Source: Chrysomallon squamiferum
Taxonomy: Eukaryota; Animalia; Mollusca
Length of the DNA: 64,000 nucleotides
Direction: 5' to 3'
Assembly: GCA_012295275.1 (NCBI GenBank)
Contig: CM022677.1
Span: 310,001 to 374,000 of the forward strand
Shown here in pieces: positions 53,082 to 64,000 of the stretch. A program made the translations under genes and the position numbers. Below the pieces are notes generated by a model. It was not told where the DNA came from and ran no database searches. It was given only the letters and a program-made list of their open reading frames with translations. How positions within the stretch are numbered: position 1 is the stretch's first letter; each line of letters opens with the position of its first letter.

Positions 53082-56000
53082 AACGCGTGCCGCTACTTAT
53101 ACACCAATAGCTACAGCTCTGCAGATAGCCTTTCTGAATTTACGTTGAAGCTTTTAATACCAATTTTCAGTTACTTAAACCCCAGTGTTTCTTAGTTTAA
53201 TAAATAACGGAACTTCCCCTAATTATATAAAACAGCTTCTTAATAGACCGTGCACATCTGCATACGCTCTGCTATTTAGTTTTTGTGTATTTAACCCTAT
53301 TTTCTGTCATTAATTACGTAAAGAGTTAAGGACTGTAAAAATATGAATTATAAACATGATTATACAACATAACTAAATAAATATTATCGTAATAAAATAA
53401 GATATTTAAGATAAAATGTAGCAGACATTCTACTTTAAGGGGCATATAAAAATAAAATGAAAACTGGTTTGCTTTATGACTGCAGATGAATGAAACTGGC
53501 TGATGGTATAAATCGGGTAATTTTACAATGCGTGTTAATTAGAGTATGTTCAAATACTGCTGTTCAGAAATGTGTTATGATGGTTCACTGTGGAGTGTTA
53601 TAAAGAGACGACTGTCACGTGGCTCACACCTTTAAACACCTTGGATGTTTTATTAAGGCTCAGTGTACGGTAACAAGGTGCTTTAATGGCCACCTAACTA
53701 GGAATATAAACGCTAAAATGAGAGCAAACTATATAAATCAGTAAGTCTACCTATCCACTTTAAGGTTTACATTAATTATTTTATTATGATATACAGGTGA
53801 CTTGATAATAATACATTACAAAACATACGTTTAAATCATTTTGATTAATGATACGAGTAAGGTTATAAAGGGAACCAACACAAAATAAGAATCTGCACGG
53901 AGGAAAGATTAAAACCTTAAATTTTTGGTTTATGTTACTGACACAGGTTAATTGCACATTACACCCTATCAAAATAAGAATAGACAATTGCTTACCATAC
54001 TCGTCCGTAAAGAAAATGTCATTCGAAAACATTTGGTTTCCCAGCCTGACTGAATTCTCGTCTTCACCGTTTCCTTCGCTTACTTCTCTCCTAAAAGTTA
54101 CTAAAAGCCAGCCTTTTTTAATAACAACGCCATGGAGTTGAAAAATTTGCGGAAACAATAAAAAGAGCGATGTGATTGTAGTAATAATTAAAGTTAAGCA
54201 ATTTCAATTCCATAGCTTAAAATAAAAGAGCGGATGTGATTTGAAGTAACAATTAAAGTTAAGCAATCTGAATTCCGTGACACTATATCAACATTATGAC
54301 AGAAATTTGGTAGTAAATAACTAACTGTTAGTATATACAGTTACTAATAAGACTGCAAACAGAGTGGGAAAAGACACCCAGATACTGTTTCGCTTAATTT
54401 TGACAATTGTTTTCTTTCTTTTTTTAAACTACGCAGGATTTGATGACATTCTACACAAACATGCCAGCACATCAATAATTTTTATTATTAATAACCATCT
54501 ACTTTCTCTCTTCAAGAATTTAAATTTTAATAATATCTTCCTGTCATATGATGTCATTCCAGATTTTTTTTTTTTAATTTGTCCTTATTATTATGTATTA
54601 TCTTTGTTGTTGTTTGTTTGTTCGATTTAACCGTTTCGATAATCCATTTGGTGTCCAAAAGTTGTTCCAAAATATTGATAAAGTCACACATAAAAAAAGG
54701 AACCTCAAATCTGCGACGAGGGCATTTTACATAACCAATAAACTAATGTTTACAAATCGTATGTAATTTTTACAGACATACAGACAAACAGTGAAATACC
54801 TAAATGGAGAAGTTCTGATATCATGGCAACATCATGTGTATATCGTCTGCTGGGCTGCGAGAGAATTACAACTTTTGTGTTTTCCACATCTGGTATCAAA
54901 TGAAGTGGTATCACTTCTCCCCATCTTAATATGTGCCAAATAAATAAATAAATAAATACAAGAAAATGAAATTTAAAAGAAAAAATTGTATGACTCTACT
55001 TTACAAGAGTATTAATAAATAATGTCAGTTTTGGGATAAAATATATAGAAACATTTCTATATAATATATTATAAATAGGATTGCAAATAAATATATAATG
55101 TTTATGTACTGTACGTTTCGAAAACGGCATATTGTGGGTCCTCAGCCTTTTGTGAGCCTTTGCATTAATCGAAAACATATATCAATAACTATATTTTTAT
55201 AGGATAATGTTTTCTTGCTTCAGTATTATTAGTCGTTGGAGTAGCCGTATGGGTCAGTGCTGAGATGCGTGTGTGCGAGGTCAGCGCTGATGATGACAAC
55301 AACACGCTTTGGCGCGTCTTCCAAATACCTGTATAACTCAGCACCTGAAATTGATACACAGACAGGTAAAAGTTTAATTAATGACGCAAATACCAACTTG
55401 TTATTTAGGCAGTTTGCTGTGTGACGTGTTAACGTAAGCTGAATTCAAAGATAATGGTAACAGTTCAAAATTAGACATTTGTGAAACTCAAAATGCAGAA
55501 CTTTCGTCAAATTGAAACATTTTACGTAATATTACAAACGTTCATTATGTTGTGATTTGTTCTTTTTTAATCTTAATTACAGTCCATCCTCTTTATAATA
55601 TTGACAGAAACTCTCAGTTAATTTTGGCAATACAAGGAGTTGGGTGATAAGTTTTCTGAGATGCTAACTTAAAGCATTTTAGGTAGTGCCATATGTCATG
55701 GTGACTAGTCTGAGTGGTATTAGTACCTGAAAGGGTGCAGACTATAATAGCATCACGTGACAAGGTGTTAATTATCTCAGACAGCTTAACTATTACATGA
55801 CTATTCTGTATCCAGAAGAGAACAATAACACAAACACGAATTCATGGATAATTGTTTTATATAATATATATATATGCTGTTTACACAAATTAACCCTCAA
55901 GAGTAATATATAGTTACATAGTTAAATCGTACGATTCGACGATACGTTATCAAAGCAAAGAGCGTTGACAAATAATACAAAATCAATTCAGCCCAGTTGG

Positions 56001-56233
56001 TTACTTGATCTTTCTAAATAATCTTTTAATTATTAAAATACGTTATCTTTGTTTTTATAAACGTAAGCACCACAGAATAACACTATGAAAAATTCAACTG
56101 TAATAGATTTAGCTATCTTCAATCATTCAAGATGTATGTTACCTATACAAAACATTAAAACATAATTACCATTGTCTGCGTTTTCCTTTGTCTTGTGCAG
56201 ACAAAGACTCTCAAGGATGACACTGATCAAAGA

Positions 56234-56245
56234 GATCTCGTTCAA
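56234..56245 (+). repeat. Putative LINE target-site duplication (3' side)
   Basis: GATCTCGTTCAA directly abutting the (TTCCA)3 tail of copy 2. Confidence 0.65.
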
Positions 56246-56302
56246 TGGAATGGAATGGAAAAAAATTAACGTGCTAATCAGAGCAAGCTGTTGTGAAGCA
56301 CG

Positions 56303-56352
56303 TCTGCGACGGCCACGCTTTCTGACAGGTCAGCGGGCGTGTCCGTCGCAGA
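56303..56352 (-). other. GC-rich stem-loop in LINE 3' UTR
   Basis: TCTGCGACGG/CCGTCGCAGA 10-bp stem, then CACGC/GCGTG and CTGAC/GTCAG, ~45 nt before the tail. Confidence 0.75.
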
Positions 56353-56585
56353 AAAGTGTTTTGGGTAGTGAAAAGAATTGGTTCTCGCCACGATTGCAGG
56401 ACACAAGGGAGTGTCCAGCATATCGGATCGTGACGAGTCGGTACCGATGTTTCGCAGCCGCAATTCGCCCCCTGTGGTCTCCGGCACAATCTCTCAGCCA
56501 TCACCGGGTCCGTGTTGTTTGCCGTCCTGGTTGTTCTGCTCTTCGCTGCTGTTGTTGTTTCTTTTTCTGTTTAAAAAAAAAAAGT

Positions 56586-57236
56586 TTAAAGTTTGTGTTT
56601 TGTGTTGAGAATGTAATTTGTTACTCCAGCGAGGACTAACTGTCTGTCTTTCATGTTTGGTGCCAGGATGTGTTGGAGCGTGAACTCGATTTTTAGTTCC
56701 TCCAGTGTATTGCGTAGTGCTTGTCTTTCCTTGGCAAAATTTGGACAGTGAAACAAGTAGTGTTTGATGGTTTCCGAGAGTCCACAGCTGCAGTTGGGTG
56801 ATGTGGTGATGTTATGTTTGTATCGAATTGCGTTTAGATTGGTTGAGTAACCAATTCTGGCTTTGGTGAGATTGTTGTTGTGTAGTTTGTTGGCGAGTGT
56901 GATTTTGGGTGTTTTGGCGAATGGTTTGATGTTTAAGTGCCATTTGTTTTTGGTGGTGTTCCATTCGTTTTGCCATTGTTTGTCGTAATGTTTGGCAGCG
57001 ATGGAGACAATTTCGTTTATTCCGTAATGTATGTCTGTGCAGATGTCTTCGTCTTTAATGCTGAGTGACTCTTTGGCGTAGTGGTCGGCAAGTTCGTTAC
57101 CGATGATGCCGACGTGTGCTGGGAGCCACTCCATGGTTAGTTCTTTCTTGTTGTGTTGTATGTCCTCGTGTAGTTGTTGTATTTTGCTGAGCAGGTCTGG
57201 TCTGCTGGAACTTCCGGATTGTATTGAGATCACGGA
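56586..57236 (-). pseudogene. LINE ORF2 C-terminal part, copy 2
   Basis: EWLPAHVGIIGNELADHYAK (RNase H) through CSCGLSETIKHYLFHC to the natural stop. Confidence 0.92.
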
Positions 57237-57388
57237 ACTTTATTGTTGTTATTTACTTACCTGTTCGCCCCGCTCAGCACGCAGCGGCTCGAAGTACGGG
57301 AGGAAGGGAAATACCTTCGGGTTTGATCAGTCCGGAGTTGTTGTTATTGTTATTGTTATTGTTGTTGTTATTGTTATTGTTATTGTTA

Positions 57389-57430
<42 letters not shown>

Positions 57431-57519
57431 GTTTTATTTTTTTATTTATACATTCATTTATTTATTTACTTATTTAATTAATTAATTAATTTATTTATTT
57501 ATTTATTTGTTTATTTATT

Positions 57520-57570
<51 letters not shown>

Positions 57571-57764
57571 TTTTTTGTTGAATTTTATTTATTTTATTTT
57601 ATTTTATTATTTTCTTTTTTACTATTTCTTTTTCTCATGTTTTCCTTTTATTTTTTATTTATTTATTTTATTTTATTTTATTTTATTTATTTATTTATTT
57701 ATTTATTTATTTTTTTTTTTTTGTTTGTTTATTTATTCTTTTTTTTTTTTTTATGTTTTTTTTC

Positions 57765-57813
<49 letters not shown>

Positions 57814-58753
57814 ACTGCTTAAGGTGAAATTGTCATCGGTAGCGAGTACCGGGACCCAGTTTTCAAACATTCATTTCAGCGCTACCATGGGAACCGTGTG
57901 TTTATGTTTGTGCGACCGTGTCTGCGTTCGTGCGTGCGTGCGTGCGTTCGTAAGTATGTATGTATGTATTGTATTGTATTGTATTGTGTGTGTGCGTGCG
58001 TGCATCAGTTCGAAAAAGGTGTGTTCCAATGTGAAACTGAATTGGCACATCACGATGGCGCGATTATTAAGGCATTTCAATTTCAATGTTTCCTTTTTAT
58101 TTATTTATTTATTTTTTTTTTAGTCATTTAGAAAATAATTATATAAATATATAAATAAATAAACAAACAAACAAACAAACAAAAACTATTAATAATAATA
58201 ATAAGGATGAGAATAATAATAATAATAACAATAATAATAATAATGATGATGATAATGATAATAAAAACAACAGCAACAGCAGCAGCAACAACAACAACAA
58301 CAGTAATAATAATAGGCAGTGGACGGATGAAGCCCGACGGCTTTTTTCTTTTTCTCTCGTCCATCGAGTGGAGTGCAGTCGACCCGACCCGACCTGACCC
58401 GACCCGACCCTACCCGAGTGTAGCCGAACGGAGCTGAGCTGAGATCGGTTCCCATGGCAACGGTGAGATGAACGTTAGAAAACTGGGTCTCGGTACTCGC
58501 TACCGATGTCAATTTCGCCTTAAAGACTCCACAAAAATTAAGAATAAAAAAAAAAAATAAAAAAAAATATCGACAGTGACACTTTACAGTCCATCACCAC
58601 GAAAGACGAAATGCTGTTCACAACAACAACAACAGCAGCAGCACCACCACGACCACCAGCACCAACAACAACAACAGCAATAATGCTAATTTCGTGCAAA
58701 ATGACTCCTGAACACAGGATAAGTACGAAACCTTTCTATTATAATCATTACCG

Positions 58754-58789
<36 letters not shown>

Positions 58790-58795
58790 GTAGTA

Positions 58796-58861
<66 letters not shown>

Positions 58862-58990
58862 GTATAGTACAGTACCGTAGATGCACAGACACACACACAC
58901 ACGCATGGCGCTTTCTTTCTTTCTTTGACTAGAAGAAGAACAAGAAGATCGAATACTGCCAGCGCTTTATTTTTCTTTTTTATTTCTTTA

Positions 58991-59027
<37 letters not shown>

Positions 59028-59180
59028 ATTTTTTTTTTCATTTAATTCTTTTTTTCTTTTTTTTTTTTTTTTTTTTTTTTTTTTCCTCATGTTTTTATCT
59101 TTTTTTTTTTTTTTTTTTTTTGTCATGTTTTTATTTTAAGTTTTACACATTTTATTTTATTTATTCTTTTTTCATTTTTC

Positions 59181-59232
<52 letters not shown>

Positions 59233-60430
59233 GCCATCGTCATCGTTATTTAGCTCGCCCAATAAGAATGACAAAGATAAATAGACCTCGGTTCGTTAAA
59301 CCGATCGTCTGCGGCCACACCACGTTGAAAGCACCGATTCTCGTCCGATCACCGAAGTTAAGCAACGCAGGGCTCGGACAGTACTTGGATGGGTGACCGC
59401 CTGGGAACACCGAGTGCCGTAGACACGCCTCTTTCTTTTCTTTTCTTTTCTTTCTTTTCTTTTCTTTTCTTTTCTTTTCTTTCTTTCTTTTTCTTTTAAC
59501 ATGACAGACAATTCGGCAGTTGCCTCATCTATTGACGAATAACCTACCCATTTACAATTGACCAGGTTCTCTTCGAACATTAAAAATGATTAAATTCTGT
59601 CTTAACTGAAAATAACGACGATTACGATTTAATTTATAAAATGATCAGACACGTTGTTGTTGTTGTTGTTGTTGTTGCAGTTAGTCAGAAAACATCTTTA
59701 CGAATGGAAGATCGAGCCCACTCCACAGACGACAGTGTGCCTAGTGTGCGTCGGTCCCGTGGACTCAGTCTTGCATGCGTTTTTTTTGTTCACTGCAGCA
59801 AAACTAACTCATTTATTAAACGTATTGAACCCTGTTGAAAAAAAGCAAACAAACCAAAAAAAAACACAACCACTTTTTGGCAGCACCAAGTTCAAACTAA
59901 ATCCATATAGAATGATTTTTGGAATCAAGCACACAAACGTGGCGGTAACTTTGCATCGAATTTAGAGATTATTTTTCTCTGGTAATTTCGACGACTACAC
60001 GAAACGAGAATTATTAGAGGGAGATAAGCCGTGTAAGGAAATGAAGGCTGTGACAGTGGACGGATGAAACCCGATGTGTTTTTTCCTTTTCTCTCGTCAT
60101 ATACATATATATATATATATAATACACCCATATACTTATAAATACATATATATATATATATTTTTATTTTTTTATTTTTTTTTCCTTAATATTTATTTCT
60201 TTATTTATTTCTATTTTATTTTTTTATTTTTTTATTTATTTCTTTCTTTATTTATATATATATATTTTTTTTTGGAGTGATCGTGTTATGTATATCTTAT
60301 TGTGTGTGTGCGTGCGTGCGTGCGGTTTGAAAAAGATATCTTCCAACGCAAAATTGAATTGCGAGATCACGACGGCGCGATGGTGAATGTATTTTCATTT
60401 CGATTTTGTTGTTGTTATTACCTTAGTGTA
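57237..60430. other. 5S-bearing cassette 2 inserted in LINE RNase H
   Basis: Lies between 57213-57236 and 60431-60459, the same junctions as cassette 1. Confidence 0.88.
59307..59425 (+). rRNA. 5S rRNA gene (variant), copy 2
   Basis: 119 nt, 6 substitutions relative to copy 1, same upstream flank, TTTT at 59436-59439. Confidence 0.95.
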
Positions 60431-61829
60431 TCCGGACTGTATTCAGATCAGATCACGGAATGTCCGAGAATATGACTGTGTGTTTGTTGTTGTTGTGTTT
60501 TACACACAGCATCGCTCTGATGAGGCTACGAATTCGGCCGTATACCCCGAAAGGTGATTTCTGATACGGCCGAATTGTATGCATGTGGGTTTGTTTGTGT
60601 GATCTTGGGCTATGAAGGCGAATCCTACTCTCCCGTTGTCTGGGTTTTTGGATCCGTCAGTGTAGATGTGCGTGTGTTGTTTGTAGTGGTCGTTTGCTGC
60701 TACTAGAAATATGGCTTTTTTGAACGGCGCGATCTCTGTTTTGTCAGTTTCTCTTTTTATCAGGAAAGGTGTGTTTATTGTCGGTTTTCTTTCTTTGTGG
60801 TATGCCGGCAGTGGCATTTCCCCTATTCCTGTTTCCCTTTCGATTTCGCTAGCTGTTGTCGGGAAATTCGATAGTAGTAGACTATGCGATTTAAAGAGTT
60901 GTCCTATCCTTTGTTGGTCGGGGACCAGATCGTTGACCGGGTGGTCTGTGTTGAGTGTGTGTATTTTCAGGTTGTATTTTAGTAGCTGCAGTTTTCTTCT
61001 GTATTTTAATGATTGGATGCTGTATTCCGACAGGAGGCTGTCGGATGGTGTTGTGTTTGGCAGGTGGCCGATCACCCTGAGGGCACTTGATTGAATTGTG
61101 TCTAGTTTTTTTCACTAGAGTTTGGGAGCATTCGAGTAAGCCGTGGCTCCGTAGTCGAGCTTGGAGAGAATACACGCTTTGTGTATCAAAATCAGCGTTG
61201 ACTCGTTTGCTCCCCAACTGGTTAGGGAAATTAACTTTAGAAGATTGATTGATTTTTTGCAGGATGCAATTATGTTGTGTATGTGGCATCGGAAGTTGAA
61301 ATTTGAATGTCTTTGTTTGTGTTATGACGTTGTTGTCGATGTTGAGTGTGATCTTGCTGTTGTCTGATTTCTTGTTGAAAAGGAGGCATGTTGTTTTGGA
61401 AAGAGAAATCTTTATGCCCCATTTCAACACTCAGTCGTTTATGTTGTTTAAGTCTTTTTGTATTTGTTTCTGTGTTGCTGTGGTCGATCTGCCTGCACAC
61501 CAAAAGGCGCAGTCGTCTGCAAAGAGTGCTGTATTTATTGGTTCCTTTGGTGGATTTCTGGCGTTGTCTTGATTGTCGAGTGCTCTGACGATGTTGTTGA
61601 TGTAGATGTTGAAGAGTGTTGGCGAGATCACGGATCCTTGGGGGATGCCGTTTTCGATTGTCGTTTTCTCTGAGGTGTGACCGTTTACTTTGACTGCTAT
61701 GGTTCTGTTGTTAATAAAGTCTTTGATAAAGTTGAACATGTTGCCTTTGATGTTGTTGTTGATTATTTTAACGAGCAGTCCTTCCCTCCATACCATGTCG
61801 AATGCTTTTTCAATGTCTAAAAAAAACTG
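60431..61829 (-). pseudogene. LINE ORF2 middle part (RT second half to RNase H first half), copy 2
   Basis: GIPQGSVISPTLF, LFADD and IYTDGS present. W-to-stop at ~61431 and the same post-KTFKF lesion as copy 1. Confidence 0.92.
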
Positions 61830-61842
61830 TTAAATGTTAAAT

Positions 61843-63102
61843 GTGGTATGTACTATCCTGTCAAAGAGTCTGACTGTACAAGCCAGTGAATTGTGTCTGG
61901 TATGTTAGAGGCTGTGGTATGTACCATCCTGTCAAAGAGTCTGATTGTACAAGCCAGTGAATTGAGTCTAGTATATTAGAAGCTGTGGTATGTACTATCC
62001 TGTCAAAGAGTGTATACAAACCAGTGAATTGTGTCTAGTATGTTTGAGGCAGTGGTATGTACTATCCTGTCAAAGAGTCTGTACAAGCCAGTGAATTGTG
62101 TCTAGTATGTTAGAGGCTGTGGTATGTACTATCCTGTCAAAGAGTGTGTACAAGCCAGTAAATTGTGTTAGAGGCAGTGGTATGTACTATCCTGTCAAAT
62201 AGTGTGTACAAGCCAGTGAATTGTTTCTAGTATGTTATAGGCAGTGGTATGTACCATCCTGTCAAAGAGTCTGACTGTACAAGCCAGTGAATTGAGTCTA
62301 GTATGTTATAGGCTGTGGTATGTACCATCCTGTCAAAGAGTCTGACTATACAAGCCAGTGAATTGTGTCTAGTATGTTATAGGCAGTGGTATGTACTATC
62401 CTGTCAAAGAATCTGACTGTACAAGCCAGTGAATTGTGTCTAGTATGTTATAGGCAGTGGTATGTACCATCCTGTCAAAGAATCTGACTGTACAAGCCAG
62501 TGAATTGTGTCTAGTATGTTATAGGCTGTGGTATGTACTATCCTGTCAAAGAGTGTGTACAAGCCAGTGAATTGAGTCTAGTATGTTATAGGCTGTGGTA
62601 TGTACTATCCTGTCAAAGAGTCTGACTATACAAGCCAGTGAATTGTGTCTAGTATGTTATAGGCTGTGGTATGTACTATCCTGTCAAATAGTCTGACTGT
62701 GCAAGCCAGTGAATTGAGTCTAGTATGTTATAGGCTGTGGTATGTACCATCCTGTCAAAGAGTCTGACTGTACAAGCCAGTGAATTGTGTCTAGTATGTT
62801 AGAGGCTGTGGTATGTACTATCCTGTCAAAGAGTGTGTACAACCCAGTGAATTGTGTCTAGTATGTTAGAAACTGTGGTATGTACTATCCTGTCAAAGAG
62901 TGTGACTGTACAAGCCAGTGAATTGAGTCTAGTATGTTATAGGCTGTGGTATGTACTATCCTGTCAAAGAGTCTGATTGTACAAGCCAGTGAATTGAGTC
63001 TAGTATGTTATAGGCTGTGGTATGTACCATCCTGTCAAAGAGTCTGACTGTACAAGCCAGTGAATTGAGTCTAGTATGTTATAGGCTGTGGTATGTACTA
63101 TC
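61843..63102 (+). repeat. 71-bp tandem satellite, ~18 copies
   Basis: Unit gtggtatgtactatcctgtcaaagagtctgactgtacaagccagtgaattgtgtctagtatgttataggct starts at 61843, 61914 and onward, with shorter variants of ~65-67 bp. Confidence 0.97.
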
Positions 63103-64000
63103 GTGTCTATGTATCTATCTGTCTATCTATATATTTGTTTTATTTTATCATCAAGTTCTCTGGCTATTTGTCTATCTGTCTATTTATTGGTCAACCTGTG
63201 GTGTAGGTTAAACTTGCACCTGCTCACCTCTTTCTAACATAGAAACAGACTTTAATGAAGAAATCAGATGAATGTTTTACTCATATACATGTGCCCATTA
63301 CCTACCTACTCATTTATTCATCACTATTCTTTTTCTGTCTGTCTGTTTCTATCTATATTTACTTATATAATTATGTCTCATTCTCTAAAAAACATGGCAT
63401 ACTTCTGTGTTTCATAGTGAGGTCAATACCTGTTCTCTCTCTATAACACACAAACACATATAATCATATCTACATGTCAGTCTCGCTCAGTCTAGCTATC
63501 TAACTGCAATCTAACACCCATATAAACATACTCTTATTCATACATTCAGTTATATACCAATCCTCTAACATAAATGCAATACTCATGATTATGAACCTAT
63601 GTATCTATGTATCGATTTATGTTGTTTGCATATATAAATTATGTGTTTGTGTATGTGTTTGTGTGTTTTTGTGTCCATCCATTCATCTATATCTACCCTC
63701 TCTAACACACGTATATATACACATAAATCTATTCGCTCATGTATTTATTCATGTATCTATCAATCATCTGACTCTCTCAAAAATCCACAAAAAGCACACT
63801 ATCTTTGACACACATTTATATACCCATTCTCTCTATTTATCAGTTTAACTATGTTAGCTGTATATATCTATCTATATAATGTACCTAATTATTGTCTACC
63901 TAACATATCAATCTATCTCTGAAGCGATGTCTAACTATCTCTATATCAATCTATCTCACCTTCTGAGTTATACACAGCCACAGTCTATCTTGCACTCACA

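Larger units (their letters stand above)
56246..61829 (-). mobile_element. I-group LINE copy 2: 3' end intact, 5'-truncated within RT, same 5S cassette
   Basis: Near-identical to 43714-49335. ORF2 stop at 56586, CpG-rich 3' UTR and (TTCCA)n tail. Truncated at FLDIEKAFD next to the satellite. Confidence 0.92.

Noticed and set aside
60517-60560. Hammerhead ribozyme (ctgatgaggc..gcc..gaaa)
   Set aside because: GAAA does not directly follow stem II, the site lies in RNase H coding sequence, and it is not conserved in copy 1.
43714-61829. Two LINE copies as an uncollapsed haplotype or assembly artefact
   Set aside because: The copies differ by many substitutions and large private indels, and there is no gap between them. 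Long reads would still be needed for certainty.
61843-63102. CRISPR array
   Set aside because: The whole 71-bp unit repeats and there are no unique spacers.

Overview
This is AT-rich, microsatellite-dense animal DNA, probably molluscan judging by the 5S rRNA sequence and a MetaSINE-like motif (both compared from memory). I found no intact host protein-coding gene. The left two-thirds hold an old LINE fragment, a 200-N gap, decayed exons (TSP1 repeats, possible adhesion-GPCR and coiled-coil pieces), local duplications, a hairpin/(GT)n satellite and a ~1.9-kb inverted segmental duplication (1-1900 vs 35290-37008). The key region is 43.7-61.8 kb. It contains two overlapping-in-content copies, ~13 kb apart, of one defective I-group LINE (ORF1 with 3 CCHC knuckles; ORF2 APE-RT-RNaseH-CCHC; minus strand). 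Both copies are split at the same point in RNase H by a 3.2-3.6-kb cassette flanked by a ~24-bp direct duplication. Each cassette carries an intact-looking variant 5S rRNA gene and conserved GC-rich modules separated by microsatellites. A 12-bp putative TSD (GATCTCGTTCAA) lies at the inferred 5' end of copy 1 and the 3' end of copy 2, which implies a circularly permuted or tandem ~13-kb unit. The window ends in a 71-bp satellite that appears to derive from the MetaSINE core domain.
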